Positions 13,185-25,334 are shown, counted from the stretch's first letter. The stretch: 64,000 bases of DNA from Octopus sinensis (GCF_006345805.1 NC_043000.1:620001-684000); one strand, 5' to 3'. Notes: a model not told the origin generated them from the letters alone. Translations and numbers: made by a program.

Positions 13185-14700
13185 AGTGCCTGTATAGTGC
13201 CACTGTACAAGGGGAAAGAGAATAGATGTGGGTGTGGAAATCTTAGGGGTATAAGTCTGTTGTGTGTGGTTGGTAAACTGTATGGGAGAATACTGGTTGT
13301 TTGGGTGAGGAAACAGACAGAGAGTGTATTAGGGGAGGAGCAGTGAGGTCTTAGGAGTGGAAGGAGCTGTGCAGATCAAGTATTTTTAATGAGGCAGATG
13401 TGTGAGAAGTTTTTGGTAAGGGGTGGGCGGTGTTTTGGGCCTTTATGGGCCTAGAGAAAGCATATGACCGCGTGGCAGGTGTTGCGGTTGTATGGAGTAG
13501 ATGGTAGATTGTTGAGAGCTGTACAAAGTTTTTATAGAGAAAGTTTGGCGTGCGTAAGGGTGGGTGGTGAAGTGAGTGGTTTGATGTGAAGATGGGGTTA
13601 AGACAAGGTTTTGTGATATCTCCGCGGCTGTTTAATTTATGTATAGCTATGTTGAGAGAGGTAAATGCTAGAACCTGAGATAAGGGAGCCCAAATGGTGG
13701 GAGAAAATACAGAGAAATGGTAGGTGAGTCAGTTGATATTCGGAAGAGCAACTGAAGAGACTGGTGGTAGAGTTTGGAAGAGTGTGTGAGAAGTGGAAAC
13801 TGAAAGTGAATATAGTTAAGAGTAAGGTGATGAGATGTTCGAGAGATGGAATGGTTGGTAAGATGAATTTGAGTATAAATGATGTAGTGTTAGAGGAGGT
13901 GAGTATTTTTAAGTATATGGGGTCACATGTGACGGCGGCTGGTGGGGTGCTGATGAAGTGGGATATAAAGTGAGGGAGGGGAGTAAGATACTTGGAGTTG
14001 AGAAAGGTATGCTGAGAGATAAAAGGTTGAGTATGAAAGCAAAAAGAGGAGTGTATGAGGGCGTGATTGTGCCGACAATGTTATATGGTGCAAAGACGTG
14101 GGGGCTGAAAGAGGCGGAAAGGAAGCGACTGGATGTGTTTGAGATGAGATGTTTGATGGTATGGTTGCTATGACACTGATGGACAGGGTGAGGAATAAGG
14201 AGGTGCGAAGGCGTGCAGGAATGAGAGAAAACCTAACAACCAAAATGGATAGACGAATGTTGAGGTGGTTTGGCCACATGGAGAGGATGGATGAGGAGTG
14301 GATGGTAAGGAGGGTGATGAAGACAGAAGTTTTAGGGAGCAGAACCAGGGTTAGACATCGTTTTGCGTGGGTGGATGGAGGCAGGAAAGCTTTGGTGGTT
14401 AGAGACATTGGAGTTGGGAGAGGCAAGACAGTTTATGAATGATAGGAAAGCTTGGAGAGTGTTCGTGGACGGAAGAGTGAATTTTATGTTGCTGAAAGGG
14501 GTACGGAACCAACATGATGTGACGGGGGTAAACCTGCTTATTCTGTCGGGCCCCGCTGCTGATACTGTGGGTTGCATTCTATGCCTTGACCCGAACATAA
14601 AACGGGGCTCACCTCTTTGAGCTGGGAATACCTGGTGTGTCTTGTTGTGGCTACCTCCTCCTAAAAAAAATGGGAAATAGGCCTGGATATATATGAAAAA
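13185..14700 (+). mobile_element. RTE-like LINE, degenerate RT and 3' region
   Basis: SACIVPLYKGKENRCGCGNLRGISLLCVVGKLYGRIL, LEKAYDR, GLRQG, EFGRVCEKWKLKVNIVKSKVM, IVPTMLYGAKTW, LRWFGHMERM; multiple frameshifts. Confidence 0.9.
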
Positions 14701-15799
14701 AAAAATACAGTTGATCTGAAATAAGATCAAGTTTATTTCTGATAAATTTATGGTTTCATACTTTATTCCACTCTACTGTTATAGCGTTGCATTTATATGG
14801 ACACTGTCACATTTTTCGCCGAGAAATCCACTTTAAGATATCGTTCAATAAGTGTATGGTGAAATATGCTAATTTTTTTCCACAAAATGTACTTGTAAAA
14901 TTAGAGTACGTCTTATGCGAGAGTGCGTCTAATATGCCGGTAAATACGGAATAATTCCATTTATGCTCTTATAGATTTTTACAAAGTTGATCGACCTCGA
15001 GAAATAGAAAAAGAATTTACAAAAACAAAAAAAAACGCTAGTGAATAGAGATGGATTTATAACTCTGTAAAACAGTCATTAATATACAAATATATTCAAT
15101 TCTTCGAAGTGATATGCAGAAAACTTATTCGTATGAATAAATAAATAAATACTCTATCTCTCTCACACACATGCAGACACTTGCATGTAGAGAGAATGAC
15201 CTTTATTTCAAACATATTGAAATAACGACCATATTCGGGTTAATTTATTTTATTAAGAATATTTGGTGCTTTATTTTCTGTTTGCTACAACATTATTTCC
15301 CATGTTAGAAGGCCAACACGTAGACCAAAGTCACCCACAAAAAATACAATGGCTTCAACACCCTGTAACAGCAGAGAAACTGCACAAATAGTATATTATA
15401 TTAACTAAATACACCGTAGTTATAAAATGGATCAGTACATTAAATTATATTTCATTCATAATGTAGAACACATCATACATTACACCTAATCACAAATCAT
15501 CTGTTACAATACTATAAAGAATATTAGATTCAAGTCACAGCATGATGCCACGACCTGCTGATCTTAGAACGTATTTCAGACAACCAGTATGATATATAAA
15601 TTTCAGAGAAAAATGTAAGTTATAGACTTCATGGCTCAATTCCGGCAACGCGGACACAATGACGATTTCTGGTCGGTTAACCATATATTAACAGCAAGGA
15701 TACATTATAGCATATGACAAAGAGGAATGTGAGCAGACCTATGTAGAAAAACATGAACTGATAATACTGTTAGCGTTTGCTGAGTTCTGAAATATATTT

Positions 15800-16110
15800 T
15801 TCTTTTTATTTGTTTCAGTCACTGGACTGCGGCTATACAGGGGCAACCCACTGAAGGGTTTTAGTCGGATAGGTCGCCCCCAGTACTTATTTTTTAAGTC
15901 CTTTAATTATTCTATCGGTCTGTATTACAGAACTGCTAAATTACGGGGACATGCTCCGGTTGTTCAGTAGTTGTGTGTGGGGGTGGATGGGGGCGCAAAC
16001 ACACACACACACATATTTAAATATGCACGACACTTGCCCATGGTGCCATGCAATATAACCGAACTCAAAACCACATAGTTACAAAACAAGCTTCTTAACC
16101 ACATAGCTAG
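15800..16110 (-). mobile_element. Family B SINE, degenerate
   Basis: Reverse complement of tail (TGTTTCAGTCA...GCGGC) and head (ACTTGCCCATGGTGCC...AACCAC). Confidence 0.6.
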
Positions 16111-17116
16111 GCTTGTACAAAGTACTTTGCCATTGAGTTTCAAAGATTAATAAATAGCACAATACAGGCAAACCCCCGCCTCCCCCCAAAAAATAAAATA
16201 CTGAAAACACATAAAAGAGAAGTATCAAAATAACCAGGACTTAAATATGAAATAATTTAAAATCCGATTTTAACGATTTCATTGATTACAAAATCAATTC
16301 CTTGATTTTCTGTTGTTTATTACAAACGCGACGACTATGCGCCACTTCACGATTTAACTGCCCAAAAGTTCACACTATGGTCCAACGCTTCCTCTTGTTT
16401 CTGTGGAGAGCAGTTCAGCTGTCAGCCTAAATTAAGGATATTGAAGAACCTGTAAGAAGGAAAATATGAGCTACTGATATCAATTCTTTATTGCATAAAC
16501 ATAATTTATCATTTGAAAATTTGCTGAGTTCAAACTTCACCTGGTCTTCTAAAATTTTTGTATCACATTTTTGGGAACTTATCCTGTGTAAGACTTCACT
16601 CGATCATGTCAGGTCAAAACTTAAGAGAATCTTTTTTCCTCATTTTCGCTGGAGACCAAAGGATTTCAATGTTCAAACATTTGATGTTTTTTTTCAATAT
16701 ATAGTATCTTCTCATTTCTGATCTTGTTTTGCTATCTTTAGACCTTGATACAGATGTCTACAACTTTTCTAATACCGTTTCAATGAAAATAATAAATAAA
16801 ATTAATTAATTTTTACCGTTCGCGCATTCTAATTTGATTTTTAAAAAAACATTTAAAAATGAAATTAAATCTATGATACAAACAATTTTTCTTTCTGGAG
16901 ATCAGATCCTACATGATAAAACCTGACAACTATTTCAGCTTCTATGAATTTCCTCTGGTCGGAAAGAATTTTATCAATAAATAAACTGCTGCTCCGAGTT
17001 ATCTTAACCCACATCAGCGAAAAAAAAAAAATTCTTCACTGACGAATCATAAGCAAAACTTCAAGACGGTTCAAATATATACTAATTATTCTCATTGCAT
17101 GCCATCCAGTTTTGGG

Positions 17117-17165
17117 ATTGGTTAAATATAATGCCCCGCCAATAATCAGCTTGGTTGCTTTCAGT
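17117..17165. promoter_or_regulatory. Candidate Pol II core promoter (CCAAT x2, GC box, TATA-like, Inr)
   Basis: ATTGG 17117-17121, TATAAT 17127-17132, CCCCGCC 17134-17140, CCAAT 17139-17143, TCAGT 17161-17165. Confidence 0.3.
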
Positions 17166-17199
17166 ACTGCTACTTATTGTATATTGTTATATTTCTTAG

Positions 17200-17363
17200 C
17201 TTGTATTTTGCTGGTCGTAAACCTCAATGTACTACGGGAAGGGGCAAATTTGAGCTGCAGGCTGGTGGACGAAAATGGCAGAGAAGAATTCTCCGAGGAT
17301 TACCCTGACTCTAAATATAAGACATTTGTGAAGGCGGACACCCCTCCCCATACAAAATGTTGA
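17200..17363 (+). CDS. Candidate terminal coding exon, unknown product
   Basis: Acceptor tttcttag|C; open frame (A)CILLVVNLNVLREGANLSCRLVDENGREEFSEDYPDSKYKTFVKADTPPHTKC*; non-repetitive and GC-richer than flanks; no homology recognised. Confidence 0.25.
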
Positions 17364-17796
17364 GTGTATAAACCAAGAAGCTATGTGAACACATTCAAAA
17401 ATTCACTTTTATTTATATCAATTTAGATGAGACAAAAACTGTACTGAAATATTAATGGATCTATCATCTTCATTATTTCAAAACAAACATAAAGAACAAA
17501 TTTAAAAAAGTATGAAAAATCATTGATAAAATAGATTTAACGTGAAGCAAACGGGCGTTAGTATATTCACACCCATACACATACACATATATCAATACAT
17601 ACAAATATAAATGTGTATAATATACATAGCGGTGGTGCCCTAGCATGGCCGCGGCCTTCTGGCTAAAACATTTTTAAGGATTTAAGGATAGGATTATAGA
17701 TGTGTGTGTGTGCCCGCGGGTGTGAGTGTGTATAGGTGTAAACTGAAAGTTATTCTTCAGTATAATTAGTAGTTTCAAAATGTTGACCCTCACACT

Positions 17797-18201
17797 CTCT
17801 CTTTACTCTTTACTTGCTTCAGTCATTTGACTGCGGCCATGCTGGAGCACCGCCTTTAGTCGAGCAAATCGATCCCAGGACTTATTCTTTCTTAGCCTAG
17901 TACTTATTCTATCGGACGTTTTTGTCGAACCGCTAAGTTACGTGGACGTAAACACGCCAGCATCGGTTGTCAAGCGATGTTGGGGGTGGGGGGGGGGAAC
18001 AAACACAGACACACACACACACACATATATTTACATATATACGACGGGCTTCTTTCAGTTTCCGTCTACTAAATCCACTCACAAGGCTTTGGTCGGCCCG
18101 AGGCTATAGTTGAAGACACTTGCCCAAGGTGCCACGCAATGGGACTGAACCTAGAACCATGTGGTTGGTAAGCAAGCTACTTACTATACAGCCACTCCTG
18201 C
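17797..18201 (-). mobile_element. Family B SINE, full length
   Basis: Reverse complement of 2106-2521. Confidence 0.85.
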
Positions 18202-19267
18202 TTTTACCAATTCCCGATACATTTCGCGCTCTATGTATATTCAAAGTTTTCAGGATGGTTTCCATTATTTCAGAGAGGAGATAAAAATTGGATGTAGGTG
18301 GAAGAACGTACTAAGCAATATTTGCGCTTTTAAGAATACGCAGATCATTACAACAAAGCAATGAGAGAAAATAATGAAATTTACTAACAATATGGTCAAT
18401 CCCATTCTAAGAAGAACCAATAAACCTACGTGTTGATATGACTAAGTAAATGTAGATATAGATAGGAATATATAAACTTATGAATAGGAAAGACTAAATG
18501 TCGATGTAAAAACAGAAAAAAGTATAAAGACACTCAGTTTGATATATCGATGGGTTGCATGGCAAAAAGGAAATGTATGAAGATATATTTCAAATATATA
18601 AGTAGATAAATAAATATATAAATAAACACTTTAGAACTATATCTATGCGAAAATTGTGTTTTAATAACATATCTTTGTATGAAAAGGCCGTCGTCTAAAC
18701 TGAATGTGAAAAGGTTTTGTAGTTCGTTTGAAAGCATTTAACGATCACCCTAGGAGATAGCTGTATTGAACATGCTAGACATAACGTAAATATTAAATAA
18801 AGGCAGACGTCACACATACAGAAGAATCTAATAGTAAAATTACATTACATTAATATATATTCTGAAATCACACACTCTTAGTTATATATTTATGAAGCAT
18901 TTACTTTGCAACATCAGTAAAAGAATACCAAAGAGATCTTTAAACGTTGAATCTTTTAACAACGTCGTAGATTATTACATTGATGCGTAAATGGAGAATG
19001 GATTTTAAAATAATGGAATGTATTCAACTGGATAATTGTATAAATCTAAGGAAAATCAGAAATAGAAATATTCCGGGATTCACTCCCGGCATTTCTTCAG
19101 TTTAAAAATGTCACACAATAAAGCCCTGTTTCCTATATTTTATACGTAGACAATTCCCACCCAAGTTACCGATAAAAAGTTTTTCAATATAAGCAATGTC
19201 AAAGTCAGTCACAGCTGTTTTTTCCAAATCTGCATATTGCTGTCACCATATCTGTACACACACACAC

Positions 19268-19345
<78 letters not shown>

Positions 19346-19824
19346 ATATGTATGAAAGTCTTTGTGAAGATTACTTAATCCTGTTTTTAAGCATAAACGG
19401 GATATCTTAAAAAAACGTTATAAAAACTTTTATCAGAATGTTATCAACCTTTTTGAAAGAAGTTTTTTCCTAGTGTGTGTGGGCGTTTTCGATTAATCTT
19501 TTCAAACACATCTTCTCGTGTGTGTGTGTGGTGTGTGTGTGTGTGTTTATCGGATAAGGTTAAAGATGTTTACGCTGAATGCTGAATTTCAACATGTTAG
19601 AGATTTTGAACTGATCTACATTTGTCACAGTCAAAAAATATTTTTACAGTAAATTAGATCATAAAAGATCATTAAATGTCATCTACTGGATAACATTTCA
19701 TTATCTAGATCCGATGCGTGTGCAGTTCTTTTCGTTCACTCCCCAATTATATTCATTTACGCGTTTATTATTACGATTATTATAATTATAATAATAATAA
19801 TTATTATTATTATTATTATTATTA

Positions 19825-20030
19825 AGACGGCGAGCTAGCAGAATCGCTAGCGCGCCGAACAAAATGCTTAGCGGTATTTCACCCGTCGCTGCGTTCTGAG
19901 TTCAAATTCCATCAAGGTCCACTTTACTATTCATCCTGTGATAAAATGAGTACCAGTTGAACACTGGTGTCGATGTAATCGCCTCATCTTCTCCCCTAAA
20001 ATTGCTGCCCTTGTCGCAAATTTTGAAACC
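19825..20030 (+). mobile_element. Family C SINE with (TTA)n tail
   Basis: GACGGCGAGCTAGCAGAATCG...GAGTTCAAATTCC...TTTTGAAACCATTATT. Confidence 0.8.
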
Positions 20031-20040
20031 ATTATTATTC

Positions 20041-20093
<53 letters not shown>

Positions 20094-20099
20094 GTTATT

Positions 20100-20642
20100 A
20101 TTTCATTTTTTGGGGGAATTAGGAATGCTCAACTTGCTGAGTGCAGATTTTTCATCCTCTACCTTGACACACTCCCACCTTTGCTCTTCTGTTATTTAAT
20201 TTGGTCAGTCTCTAATTCAGTTTGTAATTTCATTTTCATAATGTTTCTTCTGATGTTGGCAGTTTGTTACTGTCTATGTAGGTTCTTTCTTCAAGGTACT
20301 TCTATTTCCAGTTTATATAGGTTTGTACAGTATTAGATTTATTTGTCGGGAAATATATCGCATGATAGAAACCTGTAAGAACTTCTTTACTGTTCCCATA
20401 GACCATGTTTTATTCTTTTTCTTTCCGTTATTTGATGACGAGCATGGATGACCATCTGTTGGAATATTCCGGTTGTGGGATACTTCCAGCTCCTGTGTTT
20501 CGGGAGGACTTGAACCAGTAGCATTTTTTCGTATCGAATTTGGTTCATAATTCGACTACGCGGTCCATGGTGTTCCGAGTGACGACAAATCGGTTCGTAT
20601 TTTGCTTTGTTATCCTTGAGGCATGACGAGCATGAACGTTGA

Positions 20643-20645
<3 letters not shown>
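20100..20645 (-). mobile_element. R4/Dong-like element, degenerate 5' region
   Basis: Minus strand WSMEQ...RTYIDSNKL(A)NIRRNIMK resembles the N-terminus of R4/Dong ORFs; bounded by (TAA)n on both sides. Confidence 0.5.
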
Positions 20646-20676
<31 letters not shown>

Positions 20677-20689
20677 TTTTTCTTCTTTC

Positions 20690-22690
20690 AAATCTGCTTC
20701 CATTTCTTGCCGAGTGTCTTCCCGACTCCTAGGGCAAAGAAACTCATAGTATACATTGGTAGGCCATTAAACCAAACTCAATAGTTCGTTCATTTAAAAA
20801 ATTTTTTTTTTTTAAGTTAAATTAAACTACATGAGCAGCAACAGTTCTCACATCGACAATGCTCTTCTCAATACGTGTGATGTACCAGTTAAGACAATCT
20901 TTTGCACTTCTTGCATGGATGGTAAGCCAGGGATCATTCTCATATAATTTTCGGTTCCCTTCTTGATCATTCCTAGTGCTCCTACGATCACTGGTATTGT
21001 AACCGCCTTGAGATGCCACATTTTCTCAATTTCAATGAGTAGGTCTTTATATTTTCTGAGCTTGTCAAACTCTTTCGCTGAGATATTATGATCACAGGGG
21101 ATGCTCATGTCGATCAATAAGCAAACTTATTGTTTTGGTCTTTCACAACAATATCTGGTTTATTGGCCTTGATGGTTCGGTCTGTATGTACTGGAAAGTC
21201 CCACAGAATGGTTACATTTTCTCCTTCAGTTACAGCCTCAGGGTGGTGATTATACCACTTGTCGGCAGTTTTGATATTGTAATGCCGACTTATTAGCCAG
21301 TGGAGATATTGGCCAACTCTGTCATGTCTTAATTTATACTCCACTGGTGCTAAGACTTTACATCCAGAGATTAGGTGGTCCACTGTTTCAATCATGTCGT
21401 TGCAGAATCGGCATTTTGGGTCTGCTCCATTTTTCATCACATTGGCCTGGTAGTTCCGGCTTAATAGGCTTTGATCTTGAGCAGCCAGGATGAAACCTTC
21501 GCTCTCTGCTTTTAGCCCTGAGCTCCGTAGCCACTGATGGGTTTGCTTCTGGTCAACATCAGCTTGTTTGCTGCGGGTCACATATTTGCCGTGCAGAGGT
21601 TTCTCCTCCCACCTATCAGCCAATTGCTCGTGCGCTTTTTTCGTTGCCATCATTTTCACCTTCTTTGCAACAATAGTTGCCGTACTTCCCTCGGGTTGTT
21701 CAGTTTGGGTATCCTGCATGAGATCAATAGCAAATTTTTTGCTTTCCTTATAATAGAATGAAGCTTCTTTCGTCTCTCGTGATTTTCCACGAGCTTTAGC
21801 ATCCAGTCATTCGATATTTCGAGATATTTGGCCAGTCCAATTGTGGTTGTTTTGTAAGCTAGTTCAAATTGGATCAGGCCTCGACCTCATTGGGCTCTGG
21901 GAAGGTAAAGGCGATCTACGTCTGCCTTTGGGTGGTGCATCCTATTACAACTCAGCAGCTTGCGTATTTTCCTATCTATATTCTTTATTTCACTCATATT
22001 CCAGTTCAACACATTGTAGCTATAAGTAACAACTGGAACTGCTAAGGAATTTATAGCTAACACCTTGTTACGTGCATTTAGTTCAGATTTCAGGATTGCA
22101 CGAACTCTCCTATAACATTCCTTCCTGATCTTCTCTTTCATGCTTGCATGCTGAATACCAGAGCCTTCATTTATCCCTAAATATTTGTATGTTTGTTCTT
22201 GCTCAAGCTCTCTTATGACTGTGTCAACATCTAACACGACTGAATTTGTGGTCTTCACTTTCCCTTTCTGGAAAGTGGCCTTGGCACACTTCTCAAGTCC
22301 AAACTCCATCCCAATGTCATCGCTGAATGCTTTCACGGTGCGCAATAGGCCTTCAAGTTCATTATTGTCTTTACCATAAAGTTTTAAGTCATCCATATAA
22401 AATAGATGGCTTATTTTTTTATTGGCAATTTTATACCCATACCCTGTTCTGTTTAATTCACTTGTAAGGGGTATTAGGGCTATGCAGAATATTAAAGGTG
22501 AAAGTGAGTCACCTTGAAAAATTCCACAGTTGATGTTTATATTTTCTGAGGCAAGTACTCCATTAGAGTGGTATAACTGGAGATTCGTATTCCACAACGA
22601 CATATTGTGCTTCAGGAAGTTTGAAATCACAGGGGAAATTTTGAAGATGTCCAGCGATCTCAAGATCCATGGATGCGGTATACTGTCGAA
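20690..22690 (-). mobile_element. R4/Dong-clade non-LTR retrotransposon (RT + CCHC + restriction-like endonuclease), 5'-truncated, frameshifted
   Basis: GIFQGDSLSP, LFYMDDLKL, KYLG, CRFC..ETVDHLISGC, RHD, ILWDF..D..I.ANKPDIV, IDMSIP..K..KY; 3' UTR ends in (TAA)n at ~20690. Confidence 0.95.
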
Positions 22691-23995
22691 ATTGCTGACA
22701 TTGTGCCAAATTTTGAAGCCTTTATTATTATTTTTATAATTGTTATTGATGTTGGTGTTGTTGACATTGTCGTCGTCGTCACCCACAGCTTCTTCCTCCT
22801 CCTCCCCCTCCTCCTCCATCTTGTCATCATCATTATCGTCAAATTTATCTTTCTGACGTTCAGTTTTCGTTTTGTTGTCGGATATGTACGGGGCATTATC
22901 GAGAGATGCTCAATCAACCTCCCTGCATTAAATTCTCCTTATAAAGCTACTAAGTACGCGCACACATATTCTGGCATTCTACGTATCTCGTGAATCGTCA
23001 CTCATTTGAATATTTGAATATTTTTTTGTGTTTGGGAGGGTGTAGTTTCATGAGACTGATTGGAATTGCCTGCTGTACTTTGTTGTATTTTCTATTTAAG
23101 ATACAAAGACGATAAAATGTAATTCATTAAATAACTGAATATGAGCAATACTGATTACGCAACCATAATAATTCTAAACGAATGGCAGCGATAATAGTTG
23201 TATCAGTCACTGCGTTTATTATATTACTTCAGAAAAATATTGCAAAAATAATACGATAATTCTAAATACTGTATGACAAAAAAAAAATGTCTGAAATACA
23301 GATTACAAAGGTAAGTAAACATATAAACATATAAATAAATAAACTATGCAAAAATGAAAATGTGAATTAGAAACTGAAAATATAAACTAAATGGTGATTT
23401 TAGTTTTTAAATTCTACTTACTAAATTTGTACTTATTTCACTTAATTGAAATTACTTTAAAATTCGCTCTTCAAATTAATCCATACTTTTCAACATTTGT
23501 TGACCGCCATTTATATATGTGAGTGTGTGTGTGTATACATATGTGTGTTGATGTATCAGTACAATTTGAAAATTTATGCGCAGTTGTGTGTGTACGTATT
23601 TAAAACGTATCTTTTGCGCAAGAACCATCGTGCAGGAATAAAGTGTTATGCTACACGTACATGCAAACAAGATATCTTTAGTGTAAGAAGGCTTGCATCT
23701 AGAGTTTATCTGAGACTTAAAAGTAGTACCTTCTCCCATTTTTATATTTTCATATTTTTATGCAATAACATATTGATATTAACACGTGATTATTTACTTG
23801 CTTGTTGTTTGGTTTGTTTGGTTTGAGTATATGGATAAAACAATACTGACTTAAATTATATTTCGGCATCGTTCAATTTCACGATACTATAATTTCACAA
23901 CTACAAAACACCACTTATACTGGCATCTAGTGTATACCTCAATTGTCATGTTAGTTCTGCAACGAATCAAATCCGTCATATACATGTTTATATTA

Positions 23996-24037
<42 letters not shown>

Positions 24038-24040
<3 letters not shown>

Positions 24041-24315
24041 GTAATATAATATGTGACAATTATTCTGTTGGTATAATAAAACTCCGAGTTTTGAATGTTG
24101 GGACGGAAACCTGTATCTCTTCAGTTATAGAGGCAATCAAAATTGCCTCGCTAACTGAAGAGGTGCCGGTGCAGGTTTCCGCGCCGGCATCCGAAACTCG
24201 GAATTTTATTATGGCAACCAAATAATTGCCACATATTATATTACAGATAAATTCCTCTATTTACGTTAATATCGAGTTCTCTTTCATTCTTTTGTTGTCT
24301 TACCATTACTATTAG
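24038..24315. mobile_element. Penelope-like pLTR palindrome in (TA)n
   Basis: Imperfect inverted repeat 24038-24137 / 24142-24247 centred on GAGGCAAT-CAAA-ATTGCCTC; each arm carries a degenerate hammerhead. Confidence 0.65.
24143..24217 (+). ncRNA. Type I hammerhead ribozyme, degenerate
   Basis: TTGCC..TAA-CTGAAGA-GGTGCCGG(loop)CCGGCATCC-GAAA-CTCGGAATT|TTA..GGCAA; stem III has a C-A mismatch here but reads ACT-CGG-AGT in the opposite arm. Confidence 0.55.
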
Positions 24316-24340
24316 ATATATATATATATATATAATATAT

Positions 24341-24387
<47 letters not shown>

Positions 24388-24542
24388 GTTATCGCCATAC
24401 TAATATGGCATTCTTATAAAAATAAGAATAAAGCTGTCCGCTTATTAGCTCCATGAGGCCATCGCCTTAAGTTAGCTATTTGATACACAAACTGTATCCA
24501 TATAACCTTCGAACAAGGGAGGTCAGTCGCTCCACACTACTT

Positions 24543-24602
24543 GACCGGCAGCTACAGACGCGTTTCGGGGTATTGCCCCTTTTCAATGCAGCGTAGCCAG
24601 CC
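24543..24602 (-). ncRNA. Minimal type I hammerhead ribozyme (U3-A8 core variant), copy 1
   Basis: Minus strand GGCTGGCTACGCTGCA-TTGAAAA-GGGG-CAATA-CCCC-GAAA-CGCG-TC|TGTAGCTGCCGGTC; predicted cleavage between 24557 and 24556. Confidence 0.8.
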
Positions 24603-24701
24603 AGTAGGTGTCGCTTCCGACAATCTCTGTTCGATGGTTTTATTTACCTAGTTTCGGTGGAATACATCCACTTGTTTTCAATAATAGAAATATTAAAATT
24701 A

Positions 24702-24755
24702 CTACGCTGCATTGAAAAGGGGCAATACCCCGAAACGCGTCTGTAGCTGCCGGTC
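24702..24755 (+). ncRNA. Minimal type I hammerhead ribozyme (U3-A8 core variant), copy 2
   Basis: Helix I GCTGCA/TGTAGC, core TTGAAAA 24712-24718, helix II GGGG/CCCC, GAAA 24732-24735, GTC cleavage after 24741; distal helix I lost at the inversion junction. Confidence 0.75.
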
Positions 24756-25057
24756 AAGTAGTGTGGAGCGACTGACCTCCCTTGTTCGAAGGTTATATTG
24801 ATACAGTTTGTGTATCAAATAGCTAACTTAAGGCGATGGCCTCATGGAGCTAATAAGCGGACAGCTTTATTCTTATTTTTATAAGAATGCCATATTAGTA
24901 TGGCGATAACTATTATTTTCCGGGAACGCTGCCGCTGTTCTCTTTTAGAGAGACTTAGTAATTTTAATATTTCTATTATTGAAAACAAGTGGATGTATTC
25001 CACCGAAACTAGGTAAATAAAACCATCGAACAGAGATTGTCGGAAGCGACACCTACT

Positions 25058-25117
25058 GGCTGGCTACGCTGCATTGAAAAGGGGCAATACCCCGAAACGC
25101 GTCTGTAGCTGCCGGTC
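25058..25117 (+). ncRNA. Minimal type I hammerhead ribozyme (U3-A8 core variant), copy 3
   Basis: Helix I GCTGCA/TGTAGC plus distal GGCTGGC/GCCGGTC across a UAC/U internal loop; core TTGAAAA; helix II with CAAUA loop; palindromic stem III ACGCGT; cleavage after 25103. Confidence 0.8.
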
Positions 25118-25334
25118 AAGTAGTGTGGAGCGACTGACCTCCCTTGTTCGAAGGTTATATGGATACAGTTTGTGTATCAAATAGCTAACTTAAGGCGATG
25201 GCCTCATGGAGCTAATAAGCGGACAGCTTTATTCTTATTTTTATAAGAATGCCATATTAGTATGGCGATAACTATTATTTTCCGGAACGCTGCCGCTGTT
25301 CTCTTTTAGAGAGACTTAGTAATTTTAATATTTC

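Noticed and set aside
19070-19105. CTGAAGA plus strong hairpin on minus strand
   Set aside because: No GAAA or stem III after the hairpin.
20430-20645. HDV-like ribozyme expected at the 5' end of an R4/Dong element
   Set aside because: No nested double-pseudoknot could be fitted by eye; needs a descriptor search.
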